This document shows, piece by piece, positions 24,801 through 37,690 of a stretch of DNA of 64,000 bases (positions within the stretch are counted from its first letter, which is position 1; the number at the start of each line of letters is the position of its first letter). The DNA is from Lytechinus pictus (lineage: Eukaryota). The notes beneath the pieces are model-generated. The model did no database searches. It saw nothing but the letters and a program-made list of their open reading frames with translations, and was not told the DNA's origin. The stretch lies in the NCBI RefSeq assembly GCF_037042905.1, contig NC_087245.1:27840001-27904000 (forward strand), read 5' to 3'. Made by a program: the position numbers and the translations under genes.

Positions 24801-26520
24801 CTTCAAATTTGTTCAATAGAGAGTCTGCATTAGTATAGAGGACCGTTAATTTATTTTGTGATAAGTACTCCACATCTTTGTCCACAATCTCTGTTTCTGG
24901 TCCTCCATTCATGTCTCCAAGTCATTGGCTATGACGGTTTCCACCCACTGCTCCAAAGACTCCATCTACTTCAATTTCACTTTCCATATCGCTATCTTTA
25001 TCATCGTTTCTATGGTGTGTCTGTTGGTGAGTTGGTTGTGGGGTGACTTTTTCCTGGAGATTTGATCCAATGTCTGTTTCCTGAAATTCTATTTTGCCAC
25101 TCTCACCACTTGCGTTTCTAGACTTATTTCTCTTCCAACTAGTGACAATCTGGCCTTGACGGATCACTAAACCTTGTTCCCCATTCTCTCTTCTCTGTTT
25201 CAGTTCTTGTCTTAGTTTCCAATTTTCCTCACGTTGTTGCCTTGTCATGTCCGGTGATATATACGTATCTTTCCACTTGGTAGTTTGTTTAAGTTTTTTG
25301 GCGGCTGAGAGGATTTCGTTTCTCATGCGTGGGCTCTCTAAATTGACAAGTAGAGCTCTGGGTTTTGATGTTGATTCTTGCGTGGCATCGTCACGCTGCT
25401 TCCTTCCCAGTCGAATTGCTTTGATTATCTAGGTGTTGTGCACATTGAGACCACTCATTGCAATTTCCATAACTGCTTTCATATCCTCTGCTACTCTATC
25501 ATGTATTTGGTCATGGCGAGATTCGGGTACATTGTAGAAAACGACATTGTTCTTTCGTCTTTCTCTGTCTACTAATTCCTCCATTGTAGTCATACTCACA
25601 ACATTCCCTATCTTGTATCTTGAGACTATTTCATCTCCATCTTTTTCGATGACATTAGCATTGCCATTGTTGATATTGGAATCTTTCTTAGTACGAACGT
25701 TAGGTCTTTGAAGTATAGTGATTTTGTTCTTTGATCCCTGTGCATTTACATTGCTGACAGACTGTTTACATGCATCAGCATATGACTGTTTGATTTTTTT
25801 CACGTCATCATCCACCATCTCTTTCATTGAATCTTGTGCCTTTTTCAGAATTTTCCCGACAGCTTCATTCACTTTACTTTCACATACTCTTGGAAGTGAT
25901 TTTATTTCTTATTCTGGCTTTGGCTGCTTCAATTGCAATCTCTTCGCAATCTCTGCAGAACCAGTGTGCTCTATTTTTGTCATCAGTAAAGAAGCGATCC
26001 ATGTCAAGTGACAGATTGTGACAAGATAAGCACGACCACCTTTCGCATGCCTCGCATTCAATCATGTGCGACATACCCTCATCATCACAGTACTCACATC
26101 TCGATTCAGAGTATGATATTGCTCTTTTCACCTTAGTCTGCTTCTTAGATCCACTTGTAGTTGATTTAGATCTCTGTTTTGTTGCGTTATTCCTTCAATC
26201 TGATCGTACGTTGTTGGTGATATCAACATCCGGGTCATTGCCCGTGGCCTCATTCGCTATAATATCTTGATTTGCATCTTCAAATTCACTTTCATTTCCA
26301 TCCTCGTGATCTTGGTTACTCGGATTTTTATCTTTTTCCGAATGGTGATATTTTTTAAAGAGTTTTCTGAATCTTATCCATCCATCCTTCAAGATTTTAT
26401 TTTTCTATTCCAGCTCGGTGACTTGTCCGATCGGTGCTAGTATACGCGTCCCTCGATCGCGGCGGATGAGGCGGCCTGCGACACGTGTATGGTCGGTACG
26501 AATACGATGGCTACCTGAAA
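21895..26520 (-). mobile_element. CR1-clade LINE, near full length, decayed (ORF1 with PHD finger, ORF2 APE-RT)
   Basis: ORF1 pieces 24922-26392 incl. CEYC..CEACERWSCLSC..WFCRDC and ERRKNNVVFYNVPE; ORF2 pieces 21927-24912 incl. YRSP, GDFN, SDH, KSPGPDG, YLDFRKAFD, FADD, RSTRGH; broken by stops and frameshifts. Confidence 0.9.
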
Positions 26521-26579
26521 TCCGACTTCCTGAAATCCTGAAATCCGACTACCTACGATCGACTTCCTGAAATCCACGG

Positions 26580-27303
26580 GCACGCCAAATTTTCCACCTC
26601 AATTTGAGCTATTTTGGGCTGCCAGATTTTACCAAAAATCAATCTTGAAGCATATGAATGTGCCAAAAGACATATGCTAGGATAAATTCCTTCTTTTGGG
26701 CAGATTTAAATGTATTTTTCCAAAATTTAGTTCTAAAAAAATGAGAGCACAAAATGAGAGACATCCACTCCTCACGCATGCGCAGTCGAATCTTAATGAT
26801 TGAACTGCATTCTAATTTACAGAAATATTCGCATTTTTTCTTGGCTGATGCCATCCAATATTATTATGACGATGTATTTATGGTATTTTTGTATATTTCT
26901 GTACAATGCAGGGGTCTTTGGTTTTTCTCCTATACAATTAGTCACCAACTAACTGTACTTCTGATGACTTCGTGTCTCAATTTTTGTCGGGCGTACGTGG
27001 TGATCCCGACTGAGAAATGCAGTTAAAATCTCAATAAAATGACCTCCCCTATAAATAGTACCAAATTGTAGGAAATTCATTTGTTTTTTCATATGACACT
27101 AATTCTGTGGCAATTTAATGTTCTATGTCAAAATCTGTGCATGAAAATTCAAATTTTCTTGAAATTTGGCGGCCATTATGAAAAAAGCGCCCTCTCAGGT
27201 TAATCTCATCTATTCATATTCAGCATAAAAAAATGGTTTTGAAGCACAATATGAAAATTTCTCCTTCTCCGAGTGGCACCTTGCTCAATTATAACCCGGA
27301 CTA
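26580..27303. mobile_element. Possible right end of another Academ-type element
   Basis: Ends ...CCCGGACTA, matching the GGACTA right termini at 10512 and 37214; left end not found. Confidence 0.3.
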
Positions 27304-27415
27304 ATAGTGCGAACACGACTCACAGAACAAAGACGGGACTCGCATGCAAAGGTGTGGCAGTGCAAAATATCGTTTTTCGCATGTAATTTTTTTCTTATAA
27401 TGTGGTGTCAAAATA

Positions 27416-27761
27416 TTCCTTTAACTTGTTTATAATTAATAGATTCCAATAGTTGGCAATCGGTTTGCATTTACTAGGAAAAAAACATGTACTTGCACGC
27501 TACAGTACACTAGCAAAACACATTAATTGGTTTCCATATAGCCCCCTTTCCTTTTGGCAGCTATTACTCAAGCATTTATTTTGCTTTTCCTTTAACTTGT
27601 TTATAATTAATAGATTCAAATAGTTGGCAATCGGTTTGCATTTACTACGAAAAAACATGTACATGTACGCTACAGTACACTAGCAAAATGAATAATATAA
27701 TTGGTTTCCATGTAGCCCCTTTTCCCTTTTGGCTGCTATTACTAAAGCATTTATTTTGCTT
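27416..27761. repeat. Two-copy tandem duplication, ~171-bp unit
   Basis: TTCCTTTAACTTGTTTATAATTAATAGATTC... starts at 27416 and again at 27587, with high identity. Confidence 0.85.
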
Positions 27762-29944
27762 ATATAGTTTGCCACTGCATTTGTTTTTCACTACTTTGTC
27801 TTATCCTTAAATTGTATTCATGTCTAAATTTTGTTATGACACTGCTATTAATTTGTCGCATTACAATGTACTTTAATGTCATAATACGATTATGTTTATG
27901 TATTGAAAATTTATTTTGACTTTACAATAAATCCAGAAACTCCTGTCAAAAAAATAAATAAATAAAAGTTCAGTTGCATTCATTTTAGCTAAATAGCTTA
28001 AAAGTCCAGCAAATGCTAGCAGGCAGTTAGCAGTATTGTTTGAACTTAATAGCAATAGCATTTGCTCGCTCATTTTTATGCATACGGACAAAAGGCAGTA
28101 AAAAGCAGTGGCGTATCTGGGGGTAGGTCAGGAGGACACGTGCCCCGGGCGTCATTGTCAGGGGTCGCAAAAAGGGGAAGGGTATCAAGAAACAAAAAAT
28201 GAGGAGAAAAGGTAAAGAAAAAGGCGGGAAAAATGATGTCTTGTAAACTGAGATTCAGTCTGCACTTATCAATTCACTTTTTCAGTATGTGCTACTTTGT
28301 CTACTTGCAGAACTCAATTTTTGCAAGAAAAATTGCTTAGTGAGATATCCTTCCTGTTCACAGTTATAAATAGTGCTTAGAGTATCACATTTTTGGTCTA
28401 TAAATTCGCCCCCACCCAAGAAAAAAATAGCTCGCGCTTACATTGTTTAATAGTGAGATCTATATATTTTATTTACAATTTTCATAAATGTTAAAAAAAT
28501 GATCCTATTGGGGTCAGTAGGCCCTATATCATTCAGCTTGCGCTTTTCGCCCATATTAAGATACACAGATCGTTCTTTATGACTGTATACAAAAACATAT
28601 TTCAGGTAGGATTATAAAAAAAATAGCTCGCGCTTCACACTCGCTACTTTTGTTAGACATATGTTTTTTTTATTACGGGACATTCTAATCACTTTTAAAG
28701 TGATTAGAATGTCCCGTTTCGAGGTATAAATATCCCGCTAAAAAGTCTCAGCTTGCGCTTCGCGCTCTTATACTTTGTTCTTCATAAAAAAGTGCTTTAA
28801 CTGTCCAGCTTTTCAGGTCAAAATGTTTATAAAAAAAATCAGTTCATACTTTTCGCTCGCATCATTTGTTTGATTAAATACCCATACTGTTACCAAAGGT
28901 AATTATAATGTACCGTTTAAGATCTACATCTGAAATGTTGTACATCTTCGCGCTCGTACACTTTGTTCTTAATCGAAAACAAAAAATATGATATTCCGTT
29001 TATGATAAATGGGAAAGAAGTTAAAAATTACATCTTCCTTCTGGTCATAAATATTACTGTACGATGGCGGATTAGCATGTTCATAAGTTATGGTGGCTGA
29101 TATATCCGCAATTTATGAAATAAATAAGTTTGGAGTCATCGTCAGCATTACAGTAAACAATATATTTAGAAATACCGAAACTATTTGGTCTCCCCGATCT
29201 TCACTGCTTAATTGTGGTGGGAAATGACTGGAAGTATGTGTTTAATAAGTTTACTCTAGTAAAATACAGTAGAAATGAAATCGTACATTTTAAAAGGAAC
29301 GATTTTATTTCTACGGCATTTTACTAAACCAGTTGTGATTATTTATTCCTAACATGCCCAAGCAGATAATACATATAATTATGTATGTTGTCTGCTTTGG
29401 CATAAAAGAAATATATATTAGTTTAATTCGTTTAAAGGAGCAATTTTAGCACTTTGCCCCGGGCGCCGTTTTCCTAGATGGTACTTCTTAAGGCCACCGC
29501 ACACATAGTCCAGTCAATCTAGCCAGAATGGGGTAACCCACCACTAATGAATTGCAACACGGGACATCCACTGAAATGCTTTCCAGGAAGGTCCCCTAAA
29601 CAACATACTAAAAGTCCTCAAAAAATCCAAGCAGTGGAAATTTATGAAATTTTCATAATTATGCAAATTAGCCATAAAAAGTTAATAAAAGAAGGGAAAT
29701 AGTCCAAAGATTACAAATTAAGTGTCCAAAACAATTTAATTTGAATGAAAGTTCATGACAAATAACTGAATTCAATGATTTTAATTAAAAGTGCAAAAAA
29801 TTATACATCATTTGCATAATATGCAAATAAGCATCCTTATATGAAAAAAAATGTCAAGATATTGTGATTTTTCTCATAACAGCAAATTATTTCAAAAGAA
29901 ATTGAATTTTATGAATGAATTGGTAAATAGACCCAAACATATTA

Positions 29945-32537
29945 TAGTCAGGCAGCATATGTAATTTACTTCGACAAATTGGCTAAGTCTGATTTTTCAC
30001 TTTTATGTGATTGGTGACATCACAACGAACAACTTTCAACTTGGTGACAAAATTCTAATGGTCATCTTGACCATGTTAGTGGTCAAAATGGGGTCAAAAG
30101 GGGTCAATTTTTTAAATTGCCCCGATTCTGTCGAGTGACACATCAAATTGTTTGTCTTGTCATACTGAACAAAAAAGTGTACACAAGCATATACTCTTGA
30201 CCTCCCGTTAAAAAGTTATGACCGGAAATGTCAAAAGCTCAACGAACTTTAGTTAAATGGCAAATTACACTGAAGGTGTGAAGAAAGCTAATTTTATTTT
30301 CGATTTTGATAAGTCCATCGTCAGAAGTCCTTATCCGGAAGATATAAAGGGTCAATACAAGGGCAGGGAAAGGTCAAAAGGTCAACAAACTTTCATTGGA
30401 AGCCAAAATACACGTCTAAGCGGTTAGAAGTTTAGAAGTCTTACTTTTCGTGGGTTCTTTATTTTGAAAAGTCTATATCTAAGAAGACATTATATATAAA
30501 GGGGCCAAATGTGCTTATTCAGGAACAAAATAGATAAACAGAGATAGACGTCGAATACATTCAGTGTAGGTATCATGGTATTGCAGGAATGCCTTGAAAC
30601 GACTTGACAAACCCTAATGCCCTTAAAAGTCGTATCATCTTCATGATGTTATAAGTGCAACCAGCTCTTTCCGAGTTTCTTGATTTAGAAATTCAATTCA
30701 AGTTCAATTCATTTTCAATTTACTAGTCTTTGATTTGTAAAGATACATTTCATCCATTTGCTTTGTACATAATATTTTAATGAACAGAAAGTCACGGTAT
30801 TGTAATGTATTGGGGTATATATGTGCACTATGTTAACAGACACATCGATTGATCAGTGCTCCCATGCAGCTCCTAAGAAAGATGCCTAACATCTTATTTG
30901 GATTAACTTACGAATAAGACAATGAGGTTAGGATTGAGGATGATATGATAAGTTGGACTCCAATTGCCCCTCAATTAATTCTAATGTGTGACGGTTATAT
31001 TATTTCTATTATTTCTGACAAAGAGGCAACATCGTGCAAGCATGCTGTTTGTAGTCAGTCATGGGTGTCTATCATGCTGAAGAAGGACTACATATTCCTG
31101 ATTATGTGCTGACATTAACACGGCTTGTACTATTTTATCAAGTGTGTTTTTTTCCAGAGCATACAAAGTGAAACTAAACTTAATACCAGTTCTCACGATA
31201 GTGATGTGCATATATGCTAGATGCAGATTTTGATTTTGTTCTTTTGTCGTTCTTGTTTTTTTCCTACTTGCTGAACTACCTGGATGTTACTATAAATAAT
31301 CACATATGCCATTGAAGTAAACCACGGCCATACCGCAGCGGGAGGGGGGGGCAGCTGCCCCCAGAAATAGTGAAGACTTGCATTTTTACTGAAAAATAAA
31401 TCAAATTGACCAAAAGTATGCACGAGATCCTTAAATTTTACTTTACAAAAAGCAAAAGGGCCCCAATGGTAAGCTCAGAACAGCACATGCACCAGAAATG
31501 TGTAGTCCTTCTTGGCTCCAGAGATCGAGCATCTTAATTCGCAAGATAATCCAAATGAAATGTTAGGCAACTTTCTTAGGAGTTGGGAGCCCTGATCAAT
31601 CGATGTGTTTATTCTGTTAACATAGTATTATACTGTCTTATACCCCAATTCATTACAATAATTTTTGTTAATTAGAATATTCTGTACAAAGCAAATGAAG
31701 GAAATACTTCTTTACATATCAAAGACTAGTAAATTGAAAATGAATTGAACTTGAATTGAATTCCTAAATAAAAAAAACTCCCTAGCTGGTTGCACTTAAT
31801 TATCACACCATGAAGATGATAAGATTTTAAGTGCATAAGGGTTTGTCAAGTCGTTTCAAGGTATTCCTGCAATACCATGATACCACACTGAATGTATTCG
31901 ACGTCTATCTCTGTTTATCTATTTTGTTCCTAAATAAGCACATTTTACCCCTTTATATATAATGTCTTCTTAGATATAGACTTTTCAAAATAAAGAACCC
32001 ACGAAAAATAAGACTTCTAAACTTCTAACCACTTTTAGACGTGTATTTTGGCTTCCAATGAAAGTTTGTTGACCTTTTGACTTTCCCTGACCTTTTCCTG
32101 ACCCTTTATATCTTCTGGATAAGGACTTTTGACGATGGACTTATCAAAATCGAAAATAAAGAAGTACACACATGCATAAAAACACGGAAAATGACCTTCC
32201 TTAACAGTGTAATATGCCATTTAACGAAAGTTCGTTGACCTTTGACATTTCCGGTCATAACTTTTTAACAGAAGTTCAAGAGTATATAGTTGTGTACATT
32301 TTTTAGTTCAGTATAACAAGACAATTTGATGTGTCACTCGACAGAATTGGGGCTATTTAAAAAATTGACCCCTATTGACCTTATTTTGACCCCTAACATG
32401 GTCAAGATGACCATTAGAAATTTGTCACCAAGTTGAAAGTTATTCGTTGTGATGTCACCAATCACATAAAAGTGAAAAATCAGACTTAGCCAATTTGTCG
32501 AAGTAGCCGGTAAATCATGACATATGCTGCCTGACTA
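29945..32537. mobile_element. Academ-type foldback element with ~0.9-kb inverted arms
   Basis: TTA|TAGTCAGGCAGCATATG ... CATATGCTGCCTGACTA|TTA (3-bp TSD); 29945-30890 mirrors 31560-32537. Confidence 0.88.
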
Positions 32538-32858
32538 TTATTATATCCGGATATAATTAGCCAATTTCATGTCCATTTGATGGTAAATGTTTAGTTATAC
32601 CATACAACAATGAACACCTCATATGATGATATGAGAAAACACTGTGCCTGTATAACTCCTCATTTCCTCTTACTCTCTTCTACTCTTTCTCTCTGTCACG
32701 CAATTATGAAAAAATAAGACAAATGTCACACATAGTATTACAGTATTACTATAATTACTGTAATTACGAATAAACGGTTTCATTTCATTAATGTATACAG
32801 ATATATACAATTATAAGATTACATAATCAAAAGTACACATGTATTAACTCCATTCCCA

Positions 32859-33775
32859 ACTGGTCGAAGCGGAAAGAAATTTACCGGATTTTGATCACTG
32901 GTCAAGGCGGAAAGAAATTTACCGGATTTTGATCACTGTTCAAAGTGGAAAGAAATTTACCGGATTTTGATCACTGTTCAACGCGGAAAGATATTTACCG
33001 GATTTTGATCACTGGTCAAAGTGCGGAAAGAAATTTACTGGATTTTGACCACTGGTCAAAGCGGAAAGAAATTTACTGGATTTTGACCACTGGTCAAAGC
33101 GGAAAGAAATTTACCAGATTGTGACCACTGGTCGAAGCGGAAAGAAATTTACCGGATTTTGATCACTGTTCAAAGCGGAAAGAAATTTACCGGATTTTGA
33201 TCACTGTCCAACGCGGCCGGATTTTGATCACTGGTCAAAGTGCGGAAAGAAATTTACTGGATTTTTACCACTGGTCAAAGCGGAAAGAAATTTACTGGAT
33301 TTTGACCACTGGTCAAAGCGGAAAGAAATTTACCAGATAGTGACCACTGGTCGAAGCGGAAAGAAATTTACCGGATTGTAATCACTGGTCAAAGTGCGGA
33401 AAGAAATTTACTGGATTTTTACCACTGATCAAAGCGGAAAGAAATTTACTGGATTTTGACCACTGGTCAAAGCGGAAAGAAATTTACCAGATTGTGACCA
33501 CTGGTCGAAGCGGAAAGAAATTCACCGGATTTTGATCACTGGTCAAAGCGGAAAGAAATTTACCGGATTTTGATCGTTGGTCAAAGCGGAAAGAAATTTA
33601 CCGGTTTGTGATCACTGTTTAAAGCGAAAAGAAATTTACCAATTTGTGATCAGTGTTTAACGCAGAAAGAAATTTACTAGTTTGTGATCATTGGTCAAAG
33701 CGGAAAGAAATTTACAGGATTTGGATCACTGTTCAAAGCGGAAAGACATTTACCAGTTTGTGATCACTGTTCAAA
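32859..33775. repeat. 38-bp minisatellite, about 24 units
   Basis: Consensus ACTGGTCAAAGCGGAAAGAAATTTACCGGATTTTGATC, head-to-tail without spacers. Confidence 0.95.
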
Positions 33776-34439
33776 TTATATACCGGTTGTCGTAGATATT
33801 TGCAAAAGGCAGTCGGATGTCGGACGATAAACACTTTAAGTTAAATTTAAATTCCGCAGACAAACAAAAAAGACTGGATGGATCCTGAATTAGTGTTGAT
33901 TCGATCGATAAAAAGCTGAGATGATTCTGATAAAGCGAGCGAGCGAGGAAATAATAAATTTCGCGCACTTTTTCAGTTTTGGCGCCGGGCGTCGCCTGTG
34001 TGTATTTGTGTGTGAGGGTGTGTGTGTGTGGCCATATATGACATATAGACTGCTTGAAAACATTTAATTAATGTTGACATTTACATGCTACTCTCACTAA
34101 GCATGATAATTCATTCTAATTCCTGAACATTAATTTGCATATTATGCAAATTAGCCTTTACAAATAGAAAATAAGGAAAATAAATCCCAAGATTACAAAT
34201 TAAATGTCCACAGCGAGTAATTTGAACAAAAGTTCATGATAAATAAATAAGTTCAATGTTTTTATTTTTAAAAAGCTAGCAAACCTGCCTCATTTGCAAA
34301 TTATGTAAATAAGTGGAAAATGTCAATTTTTTTTTCTCACATTGATTGCAGTGAAAACCTTTCAGTTGTTTAAATTATTATGCTGCTTTCACTAAGCATG
34401 CAAATTTATCCCAATATAATTTACATATTGAAGGAAAAA

Positions 34440-36140
34440 TGCTGGAAAAATGTTCTTCGCTTCCTAAAGCTATGTTGTTAGTCTGACAAGATGATGGGAT
34501 TGGCAAGAACAAAACACAGTGTTTGAATTGGTGTGTAGTTTGTAAGAGTTGACAACCCTTTCTTGTATGGATGGAAACGACAGACTTTCTTGGAATTTCA
34601 CCGTTTAAAGAGGGAGGCCAGGAAAAGCAAACTTATGGCAGGTAAGATCCGATGAGTAGTCTCATTAAGAAATGTAGCAAAGATTCCATCTGGCCTAGTA
34701 GCTTCATGAAGGTTGTTTTCTTTAACAATTTGTTCAGTAGTTTGGCTACACCTGCTTTACTAAACATTATGTTATCTGGCCATGTCTGGGTCAGGACTGG
34801 GTCCCAGGACTTGTAAAGCAGCTAGCGTCATCATCATCATGATCAGTGGTAAATACTAACACAAAATATTTTGCCTTCCTTTAATGCAATTCCAATGTAG
34901 TCATACACATGGTATTAAGGGCTCCCAACATGCTAATTGTTACAGCCTGGATCATTGTCAATCCAGTCAACAAATTATGTATTATAGGCTTGTCTACAAA
35001 CCCTTTTATGGTCCTCTTTGATGCATTGTAGCAATTCTGATCTTTACCTTACTGATGATGCTTTTGGAGCTCTAACATGTGCAAGCTTTCCTAGCTTTCC
35101 TATAAAACTCTTTGTCTTCTTCCAACACAACTTATGTTCAGTGTCTCATTGAGGCAACTTGTGTCGGAAGAAGACATGGGTAACGGTTTGGTTCTTGTCA
35201 AAGTCCTCTTGATTGGCATTTAATCTCCTATGCTCGACTTGTCGGTTTCAGTATAGAGAGTTGTATGATTGTCCAAAGTACACTATTAAAGTCAGCATTC
35301 CTCCAGAAGAACATCCTTAGTCGTACCATACTTACTGAAAGGTTTATTCCTCTGTATACCCTCACAGTATGAGTAAAACATTGTGGCAAATAAATTCTGG
35401 AATGGATACACACTGTTTAATCAATGTTGGATGGTATTTGATGGTGATGTAAGGGTGTTCCATACTTCCATTATGTTTTGTCCTCTTGTTGGAAAGGCAA
35501 TAATCTGGCTTAGTCCTTCATCTGTTAAAGTCTGCTTGGTTGTTCATTGTCTCACTGAGAAATTTCTATTCGCCATAAATATCAGGAAATTGATATTATT
35601 TGCATACGATTTGCTTAGAAACTATAGCTACAATATTTGGAGATAGTTGCCATCCTTAGGAGATTTATCAAAGAGGAAAGAACAGAAAATTGATGCTTCA
35701 TCCTGAAGCAGCAACTGGATTCAGAAAGAACGCCTAATCACGATTCCTGTATCTGAGAAAGATGTCTATATACACTTTAAGCCTTTATCATGACTTTATG
35801 AATGGCTTTCATGTCGCTAGTATGGGCAAATGCTCATTGGTACTCTTATTAACAATGCCCAGAGATCTCGTGATCAAGCAAGTACTTATATTCACCACCA
35901 AGACAAGTGGTGTGCTACAAGGACCAAATATTCGAAGCTAATGGGCTTTTATTTGTACTGGGCGTGACATCTTGTGCTGATCACTTGACAATCCAGGGGC
36001 TTGCTAGCGTGAACTGTAATAGCAAGAAACGCAAAGACTCTACCAAGTCAAGAAGAGAGCAAGACTTGGATGGAAATATGAAGCATTCAAGCAATGGGAC
36101 CCATGTAGAACTGACTCATCATTGCACAATACGAGTGGAG
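34440..36140 (+). pseudogene. Heavily decayed Academ-like transposase
   Basis: Ordered relic motifs read across frameshifts: NP.QQ..KPFY (~34960-35010), M.FGAL.HVQAFL (~35058-35093), LFAYD..RNYS (~35595-35630), GFHVAS..PRD.VI.Q (~35804-35880); these resemble DQPLY / GGLH / FALDH.NYAR / D..IEQ. Confidence 0.45.
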
Positions 36141-36550
36141 TAACTGCCCCGGTGGTAATTACTCACGAAAAAAGGTCAATATCAACCAAACAAGAAATGT
36201 AGGGATGGTCATCATGGTTACACATAATCTACATGGAATTTTAGAGGAAAGTATCACGAGTTTCCTTTAATATTAATAACATGCCGGATGCTTGCATTCT
36301 CAGTGCTATAGCCCCCTGGGTCGACCCCAGCCGGATTGGATAGAGGCTAAATATTGTAACGTTTTCCCCCGGAATGTTTGATTTCATGAAGATTGCCTAT
36401 CAATATCGATCGGTACGCCACTGCTGCCCCCCCCCCCCCACACACACACACACCCTCACCCACACCCTTGTACACACACATAGCCGGGTCGCGCGTTTCC
36501 GTTTTACACCCTGGCGAAGGCAATTTTCGCAAAAATAGCTACAAAGCGAC

Positions 36551-37214
36551 TAGTGAAGAGTCTATACACACCACCTCCGCTTGCAACACAGCCACTGAAC
36601 TCCAGCACAGAGTGCTCTACACGGCCACCGCACCTAATGTACAGAGAGCCGTCATGAATTAAATCCAAACATGCTTTTGCAGTGGCGTTTGTGTATACAA
36701 GGAGATGAAAAACCTAGAATTCGGGCAATAGCAAAAGTTAATTTAGTAAATGATGAGACAAGAATAATAACAAAAGAACACAACGTAGGATAATCTACAG
36801 CATCATGTAGAAGTCCAGTTGTTTTCACCTTAATTGTTTCATAGTGATTCTAAACGACGAATGAAAATATACTAGTTCTACTACTCCTACCGATAAGTAT
36901 ATTCGAATCCCTTTGAATTCATTGTTTAGAGTCATTATGAAACAATTATATAAGTGGAAACAACTCAGTCCACATGCTGTAGATTCTCGGAGATTCTCCT
37001 TCGTTTTGTATTGTTATTATTATTGTCTTATCATTAAATGATAAGACAAGAATAATAACACTAAATTAATTTTGGCTATTGCCCGAATTGTAGGTTTTCA
37101 CCTCCTTGTGTATACAAACGCCACTGCAATGTTCGGATTTAATTCATGACAGTGCCGTGGCCGTGTAGCCACAGCGGCTGCGGCAATATAGAATAATACG
37201 ATCTGTACGGACTA
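36551..37214. mobile_element. Academ-type MITE
   Basis: TAGTG...GGACTA with GAC/TAC flanks; strong internal IR 36617-36800 versus 36975-37168. Confidence 0.65.
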
Positions 37215-37690
37215 TACCACATGTTTTTCTTCTCTCTTCCTTACCATTAAAAAAAAATCCTGTTATAGTACTATTCTATTCTTTCTTAGTTCTTTTTTCA
37301 CTGTATGGAAAATCATAAAGTCCCCCCCCCCCTGTAGCACAAGCCATGCTTTGAAAAAAGTGAAAGGCTCTGTAATCGTTTCTGTAATTTACCAATCTTC
37401 ATAAATGGCTAGAATATAGAACTCGGACGAAAACATGATGTGTGTGTAAAACATCGCGGCATGCATGGAGGTATGGAATTTCGAGAATATGACGAAGCAA
37501 CTTTTATCATGACTTTTTTCATGAAATCACATATAACTTACAGAGGTGTGTTAACGAATAAGAAAATTCATGGATACATGGAGCCATTCGTGGTATTATT
37601 ATACCGTATACACCTATCCCAATAACCAACATTCGAACCACGGTGTATACTATTTCCATAACCTAAGTGTTGTATCCGGAGTGGGGAAAC

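Larger units (their letters stand above)
29506..36308 (+). mobile_element. Decayed, formerly autonomous Academ-type transposon (right end uncertain)
   Basis: Starts TAGTCCAGT like the other Academ ends; contains a nested foldback, a minisatellite and transposase relics; no matching TSD found. Confidence 0.5.

Noticed and set aside
32859..33775. CRISPR-like regular repeats
   Set aside because: Units abut without unique spacers, no cas genes, eukaryotic context: a minisatellite.
29506..37214. One single element from 29506 to 37214
   Set aside because: Flanks ACA vs TAC do not match; the 37214 end pairs better with TAGTG at 36551.
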